DNA of 64,000 bases from Microbotryum violaceum (taxonomy: Eukaryota), in assembly GCA_001244265.2 (NCBI GenBank), contig CDLV01000014.1, positions 248,001 through 312,000 of the forward strand, given 5' to 3'. Positions within the stretch are counted from its first letter, which is position 1. Each line of letters opens with the position of its first letter. The translations under genes were made by a program, and so were the position numbers. Shown piece by piece: positions 13,201-23,300 of the stretch. The notes under the pieces are model-generated. The model searched no databases. It had not been told where the DNA came from and worked only from the letters and a program-made list of their open reading frames with translations.

Positions 13201-14230
13201 TCTGCCGTTTCCGCCTCCCCCCATTCCGGTATCGCCTCCAGATCCTGCACCCTCCCCACCAAATACTCCATCCGTTCCGTCCGCTCCCGATGCAACCTCC
13301 TCGCCATCTCCCCACCCCTATCCCTGCACGCCTTCAGAATGACCTCGAGCTCCCCACCGGTTCCTCCCCGCTTGCCCCTTCCAACCATCCTTCCATCATC
13401 CGCTGGAATTCCACCGTCTTAAAGGTTGTGGTGTTGATTCGATGTAGTTGGTTTGATGTGGTAGGTAGGCTGAGCTGTGGGAGGGTCGCATCAGGATCGT
13501 CTGAGAGAGCCAGCACAATCAAGACCGGTCGGTGATCGGAAAGCTCCTTGGGATAGTCGTAGATCGTCGAGGCCTGATCGAGTCTTTTTTGGTGTGTCCG
13601 TTGCAGAAGAAAGTAGTCAAGCCGGGAGAAGGAGTTGGGTCGCTTGCGATTGGGATTAGGTCGAGTGAAGGATGGGGTGATGGGGTGTTTGTAGCGGATG
13701 CAGTCCGTGTAGGCCGAGTCGAGCTTGCCGATCAGGATTGGCCAGTGGTGGCCGCGCCGACTTTGGTTCCGCCGATCGACTTCTGGGCGCGGGCAGTCGT
13801 TGAGATCACCGCCAAGGAGTCGGAGGTGGGATTTCTGTGTTTTGTGAAATAAGAGTTTGTCAAAGAATTTCGCTCGTTGCTTTGGGTCAACGGGCGCGTA
13901 AACGTTGTTGATTTCTAGAATTTTGATGTCGCCCCGCAGTCGAAAGGACGTGACGAGGAGCCGGCCGTCGAGTGCCGAGTGGGTGCGCAAGAGCTCGGCG
14001 TCGATCAGGGGGGAGTCAGCCGGAATTAGAGTCAGGCAATGTTGGTTGATGAAGAGCTTGCCCTCGTACTCGTCCTTGATGAGTTGCCAGAGGTGCGGTC
14101 TGATGAAGTGCTCTTGTATGAGAATGGCCGATGCTTTGAAAAGGGATAGGTAGTCGTAAATGTCACGTCGTTTCTCCGGGACCCCCATGCCCCTCCTCAC
14201 GTTCCAGGTGATGATGGTGTGCTTAATCAT
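10214..14230 (-). CDS. LINE ORF2: APE endonuclease, reverse transcriptase and C-terminal CCHC finger (three apparent 1-nt frameshifts)
   Basis: APE motifs TWNV, LIQE, NVYAP, GGDLN, RLDYF, SDHRPV; RT motifs SPGPSG, YRPITL, QQHGF, GLGQGDP, FADD; CLVC-x8-HYFFDC. Frame changes near 13353, 11539 and 11220. Confidence 0.93.
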
Positions 14231-16479
14231 TAATGGGTAGTTGAGGTCGAAGCGCTCTTGGCGGTGGTGACGTCCTCAAAGAGGGGGAGGGCGGGCAGGA
14301 CATCGTCCTCGGGCTCGTGGTCGGACCATCTTTTCTCCTCGGCTACCCCCTTTGCTTTCCCTCGGTCCACTTTCGTCACGCCAACCGGCATCGCCGCCGC
14401 CGCTGACATCGACCTCGTCACCCTCCGCCCCTCTGTTCCATCCTTGACAACGACGCGGCTCTTCCCTTTGATGATCACTCGCTTGGCGTCGGTCGGTTCG
14501 TCACTCGGGTCACTGAGGTCCGCCGCAGTCTGCGACCTCTTCATTACCGGCTTTTTGAACTTCGAAGCGGTCCCCCTGATATTGATGGAACGTATCTCAC
14601 CGTCCTCATCCCACGTGGCAAAGTTGTGACGCACCAAAGGGGTTTCAGCGTCGAGCCTCCTCTCGATGCTTTGGTCCCGCTCGAGTCGTGCCTGCTCAAC
14701 CCAGTTAGCTCTGATCCTGTCCCACTCCTCCCCCTCGCGAAGCGACTTGGCAAGAGTTTCGGGTGACAAAGGTGGGGTTGGTTCGTGGGGTGTCGATTCG
14801 CGGGAAGCGGTGGCGGCGGTTGCGGTTGCGTCGCTGTCGTCGTCATTGTCCAGCCTGTTCGTCTCCCCTAAGTCCGTCGCTTCCGCGTTCTCCGCTTTCG
14901 TCGCTCCCCCTGCCTCGTCCACATCGTCCACCTCCGTCGCCACCTCCCTTTCCTCCATCTCCGTCGCCACCTTGCCTTCTGTTTCGCCCCTTCCATCCGC
15001 CATCACCTCATCCTCATCAATCACCTCTCCATCGGATCCTCCGCAGTCCACTAAAACCGACTCGTCCTCGCTCTTAAGTTTGATGACCTCCGTTTTCACG
15101 GTCGCCTCTGATTCCATCTCCGAGTCCTCCGAGTCCTCGTCATCCGCCTTATCACCAGCGTCCTCCTCCCCCGATTCCTCTGGCCCCTGTCCGCTCTGGC
15201 CAGTTACCGCTTCCTCCTGTCCCTCCTCAACCTCGAGCCCGGCGAAGCGATTCTGTGATGCGATCCTGTTAACAACCGGCACAGGAATGGGGGCCTCGGC
15301 CTCCGCAATGTTGGTGTCGTTGGTGATGGTGTTCTTGTTCGCGTTGGTGTTGCCGTTGCCGTTGCCGTTGTGAGCCTCCTTTCGCTTGCTCTCCTGATCC
15401 AGTCCGCAGGTTCCCACGTGACCAACGAAGTGGCACCTACCGCAAGCCGCCTCCTTCTCATAGTCATGGCGAAGGGCGGTGACGGGGATGCCTCGAGTGG
15501 GAAGGCCGATTCTCGAAGGTAGGATCTCTTTCAAGGTCGTGTTAGGGCGTTTGAACAGGGAGTCGTCATCGAAGTGTAGGAAAGCTGAGTAGTCTCCGGC
15601 AACGTGGGCAAAGGCCGAGGCGTTGTCCACGCTGATAATGCGCAGAACCTGCACAAGTTGGCACGAATGTCCCTTGCCTGACAAGTCCTGCACTAGTAAT
15701 TGGAACGATTTGATGATGGCATCCATGGAAGGCACTCCTTGAACACCGACGTTGATTCGAAGCTCGACCATGTTATGGTGGAACCTGTGAGATTTCGCGA
15801 AGCGGGCCTTCGCCGATCGCCAAGTGAGAGCAGGGGGCGTCGTAAGCGCAGCGTCACGTGCCTCGCCGGTGACGAACCCAACGGTAACGCGATGGTGAGC
15901 CGCCCCATTACGCAGGATTGATGAATGTTGTACGCCTAGGATCTGTGGTCGATAGGCTGCAAGGTGGTCCGGCAGAGGAACTCCAGGCTCAAAGCAGATA
16001 GGAGAGATCGGCGATAACAGCCTCGTGACGCAGGCCACGAGATCGGTCTTGTCGGCATGAGACGCTCGCGAGGCGCTCTGGTGAGACAGAGTCACTTCAA
16101 GGGCGTAATCAAAGATGTTCTCGACAGACCGGTTCGCGTTCAAGGCCGAGAATTTCAGCGATGTGGCGGTGGCGACGGGGTAGAGTTCGGCGAAGTAGAT
16201 GGCCTGGACCCAACGATCCATGCGGTTTCCGGGTACAGCACCCATGGCTTGTAGGAGGCTGCCCAGAGCCTTGGAACGCTGTTGTTGTTGTTGCTGTTGT
16301 TCAGGTGACTGAGTCGCCTGACTCGCAGCGGCGGCATAGTTGGGTGCGGCGGTGGCGGGGCCCGTGGCTTGCGTCTTCTTCGAGCTTATCGGGATCTGGT
16401 CGCGGGGTGGCTGGACGCTGGTGGCGGACACCGGTGGTGGCGGTGCCAGCGGTGGGGACCCAGGGTCTCCTGTAGACAT
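14230..16479 (-). CDS. LINE ORF1 (gag-like nucleic-acid-binding protein), 749 aa
   Basis: Uninterrupted ORF directly upstream of ORF2; zinc-knuckle-like [13 protein letters not shown], poly-Q tract, long acidic region. Confidence 0.88.
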   Translation of the reverse strand: MSTGDPGSPPLAPPPPVSATSVQPPRDQIPISSKKTQATGPATAAPNYAAAASQATQSPEQQQQQQQRSKALGSLLQAMGAVPGNRMDRWVQAIYFAELYPVATATSLKFSALNANRSVENIFDYALEVTLSHQSASRASHADKTDLVACVTRLLSPISPICFEPGVPLPDHLAAYRPQILGVQHSSILRNGAAHHRVTVGFVTGEARDAALTTPPALTWRSAKARFAKSHRFHHNMVELRINVGVQGVPSMDAIIKSFQLLVQDLSGKGHSCQLVQVLRIISVDNASAFAHVAGDYSAFLHFDDDSLFKRPNTTLKEILPSRIGLPTRGIPVTALRHDYEKEAACGRCHFVGHVGTCGLDQESKRKEAHNGNGNGNTNANKNTITNDTNIAEAEAPIPVPVVNRIASQNRFAGLEVEEGQEEAVTGQSGQGPEESGEEDAGDKADDEDSEDSEMESEATVKTEVIKLKSEDESVLVDCGGSDGEVIDEDEVMADGRGETEGKVATEMEEREVATEVDDVDEAGGATKAENAEATDLGETNRLDNDDDSDATATAATASRESTPHEPTPPLSPETLAKSLREGEEWDRIRANWVEQARLERDQSIERRLDAETPLVRHNFATWDEDGEIRSINIRGTASKFKKPVMKRSQTAADLSDPSDEPTDAKRVIIKGKSRVVVKDGTEGRRVTRSMSAAAAMPVGVTKVDRGKAKGVAEEKRWSDHEPEDDVLPALPLFEDVTTAKSASTSTTH

Positions 16480-16535
16480 CTTGTCGGTGTATCACTTGTT
16501 AACTCGAGTATCGAAGACTGCGGTAGGGCGATTTC

Positions 16536-16637
16536 GAAGTGAAGTGAAGTGAAGGGGGAAGTGAAGTGAAGTGAAGTGAAGTGAAGTGAAGTGAAGTGAA
16601 GTGAAGTGAAGTGAAGTGGAGTGAAGTGAAGTGAAGT
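16536..16637. repeat. (GAAGT)n / (TTCAC)n pentanucleotide array forming the 5' end of the LINE
   Basis: About 20 units with two interruptions, ending at the target duplication. Confidence 0.97.
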
Positions 16638-16676
16638 CCTTTTCCGGCAGCCCTTATAAGTGCTATGGGCAGAATG

Positions 16677-16833
16677 TGTTGAAGGTGTTAGTAGACCTTG
16701 CACTGATATGAGGGGCCGGATAGCTTAGTTGGTCAAAGCTTTTCCAATGAATGGAAGCGACCCAGGTTCGACTCCTGGTCCAGCCGTTCTTCTTCTTTTG
16801 TTGATCATTTCGGGATCATCGTTGATTCCAACA
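16677..16833 (+). repeat. Putative 157-bp LTR of Copia element 1
   Basis: Begins TGTTG where the host exon stops and ends CCAACA immediately before a PBS; no partner LTR in the window. Confidence 0.72.
16714..16786 (+). tRNA. tRNA-like element (pseudo-tRNA / Pol III type-2 promoter cassette) inside the LTR
   Basis: Cloverleaf: acceptor GGCCGGA/TCCAGCC (one mismatch), D arm GCTT-AGTTGGTCA-AAGC, stem TTTCC/GGAAG with non-canonical loop AATGAAT (no U33), T arm CCAGG-TTCGACT-CCTGG. A box TAGCTTAGTTGG, B box GGTTCGACTCC. Confidence 0.85.
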
Positions 16834-16845
16834 TGGTAGCGTCTG
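16834..16845 (+). promoter_or_regulatory. Primer-binding site (initiator tRNA-Met type)
   Basis: TGGTAGCGTCTG directly after the LTR-terminal CA; resembles the Ty1 PBS TGGTAGCGCC; identical 12-mer at 19503-19514 (-). Confidence 0.8.
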
Positions 16846-17010
16846 GCAGCGAGCAATGTTGGTCGACTTGGGGACCATCTCGGGAGACGTGATTCCCCTC
16901 AACGAGCTTCGAGAATGGGAGCAAGTCCTCAACGTCGTCATCAACCTCGAAGAATGCAACGGTTGGACCAACCTTTCGTCCATCGTTCAAGAGCCCACCG
17001 AGGGCATCTG

Positions 17011-18934
17011 CGGGATCGAGGAACTTGAAGGGTTTCTACGCTCAGATCGTTGAGATTCTTGGTGAGGAACGTGGCAAAGCTCTTTTGTCGATGGTCCTAC
17101 ACGTCGATGACTTCGCAATCAAAACTGTTCTCATGGAGCAGCTTCCCGAGAAGTACACGTTCGCATTCCGCGAAGAAAAGGACGTCGATTTATGCCTCGA
17201 GAAGGTCCGAACCGCCTACGATGAAGGCGTCATCATGAACGGTGCCAACCACAAGGAGCAAACGGAAGCACCTGCGAGCGCGTTCGCCGCGGCTCGCCAA
17301 GAGGCCGATCCGGGTCAGGCACCGCCTTGCAACGGCAATTGCGCTTGTGGACAGCAACCCCACGCATTCGCGACGACTGGTCAGTCCGGGGCTCACGCGG
17401 GTCCCACCAGGAATAGTTACCGCTCGGGAGGACATGGTCGCACCGGTACTCGCGTGGGAGCCAAAACCCGCGCGGAACACTACGCCAACTCCGACAAGTG
17501 GGGCAAGATCGTTGACGGAAAGTTCATGTGTGCAAACAATCAATGCGTGAACTGCTTCGGCTTCGGCCATCGCCGGGCGGCATGCGACTCAAGGAACCCG
17601 ACGGGTGACAGGATTGCGTTTCTCCAGTCGCTCGACATCAACGTTCCAGTAGCAAGTCATGAAAAATACTTCGTCGAGGATCCTGTTCCCATGAGTCTCG
17701 CGAATCGTATGGGTGCTTCCTTCCATTTCACGAACTATGCGGCGGAAGTGCGCGAGCAGACGATTTTTCGCGCGGCGACGGCTGAGGCTCCGGAGTTGAT
17801 TTTTGATACCGGCGCCACTACGTCGCTTGTCAACGACAAATGCATGTTGAGCGACTATGCGACGTTAGATTGCCCGATCTTCCATTTCGATGCGGACGCC
17901 CTGCTTGCACAACGAGGGTCCCGAGATAAGATTGACGACGAAGTTGGGAACGTGGAGGACGTCGGCGATGGTCATCTTGGAGGTCGTGCCGTCAGCGAGT
18001 GCGAACTCGGCAGTGAGAGTTCCTCGCCCTACCGCCGGAGTGCGCGTTCCCGCTGCATCGATCATGAAGATCGGGCAATCTAACGTCGCATAGTCGCTCA
18101 ACATGCATTTGTCGTTGACAAGCGACGTAGTGGCGCCGGTATCAAAAATCAACTCCGGAGCCTCAGCCGTCGCCGCGCGAAAAATCGTCTGCTCGCGCAC
18201 TTCCGCCGCATAGTTCGTGAAATGGAAGGAAGCACCCATACGATTCGCGAGACTCATGGGTACAGGATCCTCGACGAAGTATGTTTCATGACTTGCTACT
18301 GGAACGTTGATGTCGAGCGACTGGAGAAACGCAATCCTGTCACCCGTCGGGTTCCTTGAGTCGCATGCCGCCCGGCGAAAGCCGAAGCAGTTCACGCATT
18401 AATTGTTTGCACACATGAACTTTCCGTCAACGATCTTGCCCCACTTGTCGGAGTTGGCGTAGTGTTCGCGCGGGTTTTGGCTCCCACGCGAGTACCGGTG
18501 CGACCATGTCCTCCCGAGCGGTAACTATTCCTGGTGGGACCCGCGTGAGCCCCGGACTGACCAGTCGTCGCGAATGCGTGGGGTTGCTGTCCACAAGCGC
18601 AATTGCCGTTGCAAGGCGGTGCCTGACCCGGACCGGCCTCTTGGCGAGCCGCGGCGAACGCGCTCGCAGGTGCTTCCGTTTGCTCCTTGTGGTTGGCACC
18701 GTTCATGATGACGCCTTCATCGTAGGCGGTTCGGACCTTCTCGAGGCATAAATCGACGTCCTTTTCTTCGCGGAATGCGAAAGTGTACTTCTCGGGAAGC
18801 TGCTCCATGAGAACAGTTTTGATTGCGAAGTCATCGACGTGTAGGACCATCGACAAAAGAGCTTTGCCACGTTCCTCACCAAGAATCTCGACGATCTGAG
18901 CGTAGAAACCCTGCAGTTCCTCGGTGCCGATCCC
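17011..18934. repeat. Long inverted repeat: arms ~17011-17894 and ~18054-18934, spacer ~160 bp
   Basis: The same peptide (GFYAQIVEILGEE...DYATLDCPIF) is encoded on both strands; arms differ by a handful of substitutions and small indels. Confidence 0.95.
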
Positions 18935-19733
18935 AAGCTGTTGCTCCCAGAACGACATTTTCTGCCGGTTGCACAGTTCATCGAGTCGTTCCACCTCGGT
19001 CATGAACGATGTAACGCTCGTTCCTGGCTCGTAGCGAAGGTTCCAGTACGCTCGCAGGGTTTTGGTCCCACGAACGGGACGGAGTTGGTCTCGTAGGCTC
19101 GCACGAGCCCGGTCCAGACTTGATGCAAGCTGGCGTCGACGGCGGATCCCTTCAATTTGAACCACGTGTTCTCATCAACATGTGACCGAATCAAAGTCCT
19201 CCCTTTAGCGTCCTTCGCATCGTAGTCGTTGCATAAGGACGTGTAATCCTTGAGCGACTGATTGGGCGGCTGCGAGGCGGGCGGTTTCTTTTGCTCGCCG
19301 GTTGCGACGCGGAATGCGCTGATTGACTGCAGCGCAAGACGCATCGCAGGCGCCCATGCCGGCCAGTTGATGCGGGTGAGCAGACCAATGGATTCGAGGG
19401 ATTCAGCCTTTCTGGACACCGTTGGCTGTGCTTTTCCGGTTTGTTGATCAGTTGTGTTTTCGATGATCGTGCACCACAATTTAAGTTCACGGTTGAACTG
19501 ATCAGACGCTACCAAGTTAAATTTCGGTGCGAGGCGATCTTTGGTCCAGGGAGACGAGAACACGAACTTCAGTCAACGGTCGATAGCAGAGTCAATGATT
19601 GGTGAGGAACCAATCAAGAGGACTCCGCACCGCCGCTGACGCAGTCCGCGCCTCCCTGGCCAAAATGGCTTAAACTACCCAAAAACCCCAAAGACGCTTC
19701 TAGCCATTACTGCTCGCGCAGTCCCTTCCAACA
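17895..19733 (-). mobile_element. Ty1/Copia 5' fragment 2 (LTR, PBS, gag, protease; frameshifted; no IN or RT)
   Basis: Gag N-terminus LLTRINWPAWAPAMRLALQS; protease DTGAT...VGRGTL...VLHVPNFVVNLIS typical of Copia; PBS at 19503-19514; LTR starts TGTTGG at 19733. Confidence 0.88.
19515..19733 (-). repeat. Putative 219-bp LTR of Copia element 2
   Basis: TGTTGG start; ends TTTAACT (non-canonical) adjacent to the PBS; no visible internal similarity to LTR 1. Confidence 0.7.
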
Positions 19734-20347
19734 GACCTCGTGAAGAACCCATTCGTCACCGCCAACAAAGCACAGGGCGATTGCCAGCAGTTCTTCGTTG
19801 GCCCTGACGCGACGGTGACAGGGGTGGCGAGGGGGCCGTAAGGGATGTAATGGAGCAGCTCAGAAAGCACTCATATCTACTGCGCTCTCTCTCCTCTCTC
19901 TTGCCCTTCAGCCAGTCTCATCGTATGATTCTGTAGTCGGGACTCGTCGTATCCTATACTAGTAGCGTTTCGTATTTCATTGTTCTTTGCTGTTGCTGCC
20001 AGCCCCTCTGCGTTTCTACTCCTACCAATCGATGCCCGCTGAACACACAGCGCTTGGCTTCGTGTCCGTTCTACTCTCGAACCAACTCGAAGAAGTAAAG
20101 TAGTCCGCCCCCGCCGCTGAGCCTCCCTGGCCAGCTGAAAATAACGAAGCGTGCCACCAGCCCGGGAGGGCGTGCAGGCTCGATTTCCACAGGTGTTCAC
20201 GCTCTTCAAGCATAGGAAGACACTACCGGGTAAACTGATGGATTGAAATTCGAAGTCGCGGCTCGCACATCGCACTACGCCTAGTCTTTTCGTCTCGCAC
20301 ACCCAAGGAATACAACAAGAATTAACCCTCCCTACTCTACTCTATAC

Positions 20348-23300
20348 TCAGGTCATAATGGAAGGCCTTTTCTTCCCCTGCAATGCGATCTCACATCTCT
20401 CACAGACGTGTCCGACCTCTTTCTCCTTAGGAACCGAGTGACTCCTGCATCGAGGACATTTGTAGTTCGTTGAAGGGGTGACGATGAGCTTCATGCCTGA
20501 TGGGAGAGTCTTGTCGAATGATCGACTTATTCCTTCGAGCGAAGTTCGTGACTCGTTCGCCCGGGAGAGTACAACGTCGGACACGACGAAGAGTGCAGAG
20601 AGGGAGTCATCTGCGCAGGAGCCCAGCATCAGTGATGGCGCACCATGATCTCCTTCGACGACAGCCCGCGAATGCTCACAATGCTTTTGCACGAGTGAAG
20701 ACGCATTCTCAATCTCAACGAGTGCCTCCGTCGAGCTTCCGATCAATCTGCAGTAAAGAGGAGATGTGACTTGTTAAGCATGATGTCATCGCGGACATGC
20801 TCATTCTTTCGCCGACTGACCTCTCAGCCCGGGCTTGTTCGAGCAATCCCATGACTTGTTCCCGAACGATCAATAACTCGTCCATCTCATTTTTGGCCTC
20901 CGAGGACATCCATCGTTCATTCTGGAGTGTAGAAATGGAGTCTTTCGCTCAGTCATGCCTCGTCATCTTCATCAACTATCCTCTTCGATGCGACAACTGA
21001 CCGGCTCTTTCCAAAGCTTCTCAAACACGCTTGAGGCGGATTCCCCCTCCCCAGCAACCGGATCTCTCGTCGCCCCTGTTGAGAAATGGTGAATCTCCTC
21101 CGCCAATAATGGAGCAATTGGAGCCAACACCATCGTATACGAGTCCAAGACGCGGTTCAAGATGTAGACGATGTGCTGACGTCGAGTCGAATCGATGGGA
21201 TCGGAGTAGAGGGGGTCTTTTATGATGTCGAAGTAGAAGGAGGAGAGGGTCGTGTTGGAGAAGGAAGTGAGGGATTGATAGACTGGGGAGGAAGGAGACA
21301 AGAATCAGCAGTGAAGGCGTAAGTCAAGGCGTTGTAGGGTGAAGCACGACTCACCTCGACTAAAGTTAAAGGTCTCGTACGCCTCTCGAGTTGTCTTTTC
21401 CAAAACGTATAGTTCATGTAGGATGTACCGATCGATCTAATTTCGACCCAGTACATCCGATCAGCTGCTTCATTCCTTCCCTCTCATCCCGTGAGTACTC
21501 ACCAATCCCAATTGCTCGACCTCAATGTCGACCTCTGTATTCTGGGACCCTTTCGTGGCCGCCAAATTGCCCAAGATGAATCTCGCCGTGTTCCGAATTT
21601 TGCGGAAGGTCTCGAACGTTTGCGCGAGGATCGAAGGCCCGATCAAGACGTCCTTGGTCGAGTCGACCGAAGCGACCCACATCCGCAAGAGATCGACACC
21701 ATACGCCGGTTGAGTTTTGGGGTTCTACAAGTATGTGTCGACGATGATTTAGTCCCGCCAGTTCAAGGGTGGGAGCGAGAGGATGTACAGAGCTCACCTT
21801 TCCACCTTGTATGATCGTCGCGGGACTCAGCACGTTGCCCAAGCTCTTACTCATTTTCCTCCCCTTCTCATCCAACACCATCCCATGCGTCAACACATTC
21901 ACATAGGGTGCCTTTCCACTCCCATCTGCCGCCACAGCAGTCAACAAAGAGCTCTGAAACCAACCGCGATGTTGATCTGATCCTTCGAGGTATAGATCGG
22001 CCCAAGGTTTGCCTTCCTCTCCTTTGGAGGACCTGACTCCAAGTTCACGTAGGAGCGTCCAAGAAGTCCCGGAATCGAACCAGACGTCCATGGTGTCGAA
22101 CCCTTTGCGCCAGGCCCGACCTTCCTTCTTCGAACGTTCCAGTTCTTTGGGTTCGACGAACTCTTCGGCTTCCCCTATCCACCAATAATCTGTTCCTTGA
22201 AGGTGGGAGTCGAGGACGCTTATGATGTGGTCGACATTGGAAGGGGTGAGAAGGGGTATAGATGAGGCGATGGGGTCGGTCGCATCACCAGGGTAAGAAT
22301 AGACGATGGGCAGAGGGACGCCCCATGCTCGTTGGCGCGAGATGCACCACTCGGATCGACCTCGGACGTAGGTCTCGAGCGTTTTGTGACCTGGGGTCGA
22401 ATCACACTCCTTGGTCAGTACAGGTGTTTGCATGCAAGGGAGATTCAGCCTACCTCGGGGAGGATGGAACGAGACGTTTTCCAACGCTTTGACGGCGTCA
22501 TCCTTGACCTTTTCAAGATTCGCAAACCACTGACCCGAAGCCCTGTAACGGAGGTTCGGTAGGAACGGTTCAGCACGAGAAACATGTAGTGCATGCCCCT
22601 CAGATCTCAAAGGACCGACCTGAAGATAACAGGCTTCTTGGTCCTCCAATCGTAAGGAAACTTGTGCACCGTCTCCACCTCCTTCAACAACACCCCAACC
22701 TCCTCCAGAACCTCAATCATCGCGCCCGTACCGTCTCCCAGAACACTCTTGCCCTCCAACCTCTTAGAGATCGCCTCATCAACGGCCATCTCCTTGAGGA
22801 CAGATCCAATCAATTTCCCATCCGCATCAACCGCACAAAGGATCGGCGAAGGCGTTTGCGAGGATTGAGAGGACTGATAAGCGCGGTAAGCGTCGTAGTC
22901 ATCTACGCCGTGAGCTGGGGCCGTGTGGACGAGTCCGGTACCGGTGATGGAGGTGACGTAGGAAGCGGGGAAGATGGGACGAGGTGGGGAGGGAGAGTTG
23001 GAGGAGGCCAGAGGATTGAGGTAGGTCGTTCTGAGGAGTGATGAGCCTGGAAAAGATGTGAACGCACCGTTTCTCATGAGTCATGGCGTCGAGCGGTTGT
23101 AAATGTACCCCCTGCACTCACCTGAAAACTGCGCCACACTCTTTAGTTTAGTCCCAAAGATTTCCGACAACGCTTCTATCCGATCCGTTGCGACGACGAG
23201 CAACCTGCCCGGTCCCAAGCCTTCGACGAGGGAATAGTCCATCGTCTCGGAAATAGCCACGGCCTGGACAGCGATACGTCAAATCAACGGTTCGCAAAGA

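Larger units (their letters stand above)
9557..16634 (-). mobile_element. Full-length non-LTR retrotransposon, L1/Tx1-like (~7.1 kb)
   Basis: Poly(A) tail (T11 at 9557-9567), ~650-nt 3'UTR, ORF2 with APE, RT and zinc finger, ORF1, short 5'UTR; target motif AGTCCTTTT at 16635-16643 matches 9064-9072. Confidence 0.96.
16677..17894 (+). mobile_element. Ty1/Copia 5' fragment 1 (LTR, PBS, short gag, partial protease)
   Basis: ATG at 16856, +1 frameshift near 17025, knuckle CVNCFGFGHRRAAC, protease LIFDTGAT; truncated at the fold-back junction. Confidence 0.85.
8083..19841 (+). pseudogene. Secreted Cys-rich repeat protein gene split by nested retroelements
   Basis: Exons at ~8083-8230, 8419-8513, 8607-8659 and 8748-8938 encode a hydrophobic leader and Cys-rich repeats (CASLYPNAMTC, CLACNDTHALTC). 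The next exon resumes after the LINEs at 16637-16676 (SFSGSPYKCYGQN) and a probable last piece lies at 19734-19841 (DLVKNPF...CQQFFVG...*). No clear ATG; one phase mismatch between exons. Confidence 0.6.

Noticed and set aside
10439..15373. Long antisense ORFs over the LINE (10439-11416, 14666-15373) and over other genes
   Set aside because: Shadow ORFs expected in GC-rich coding DNA; no motifs.
16536..16637. CRISPR-like or telomeric array
   Set aside because: Simple 5-mer microsatellite without spacers, internal, in a eukaryotic context.
16714..16786. Functional tRNA-Ser(TGA)
   Set aside because: No U33, no long variable arm as required for Ser, an acceptor mismatch, and it lies inside an apparent LTR.
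16640..16800. TRE5-like LINE targeting upstream of a tRNA gene, with TATA box CTTATAAG
   Set aside because: 16637-16676 reads as host exon in frame and the tRNA-like unit sits within LTR termini. The proximity (80 bp) is noted but cannot show targeting from one locus.
19560..19620. Hammerhead or HDV ribozyme in the LTR or LINE 5' end
   Set aside because: The CUGANGA/GAAA core and nested pseudoknot were not found by eye.
19718..19724. GCAGTCC as a TSD pairing with 9062-9068 for the whole nest
   Set aside because: It lies inside LTR 2; the better duplication is AGTCCTTTT at 16635.
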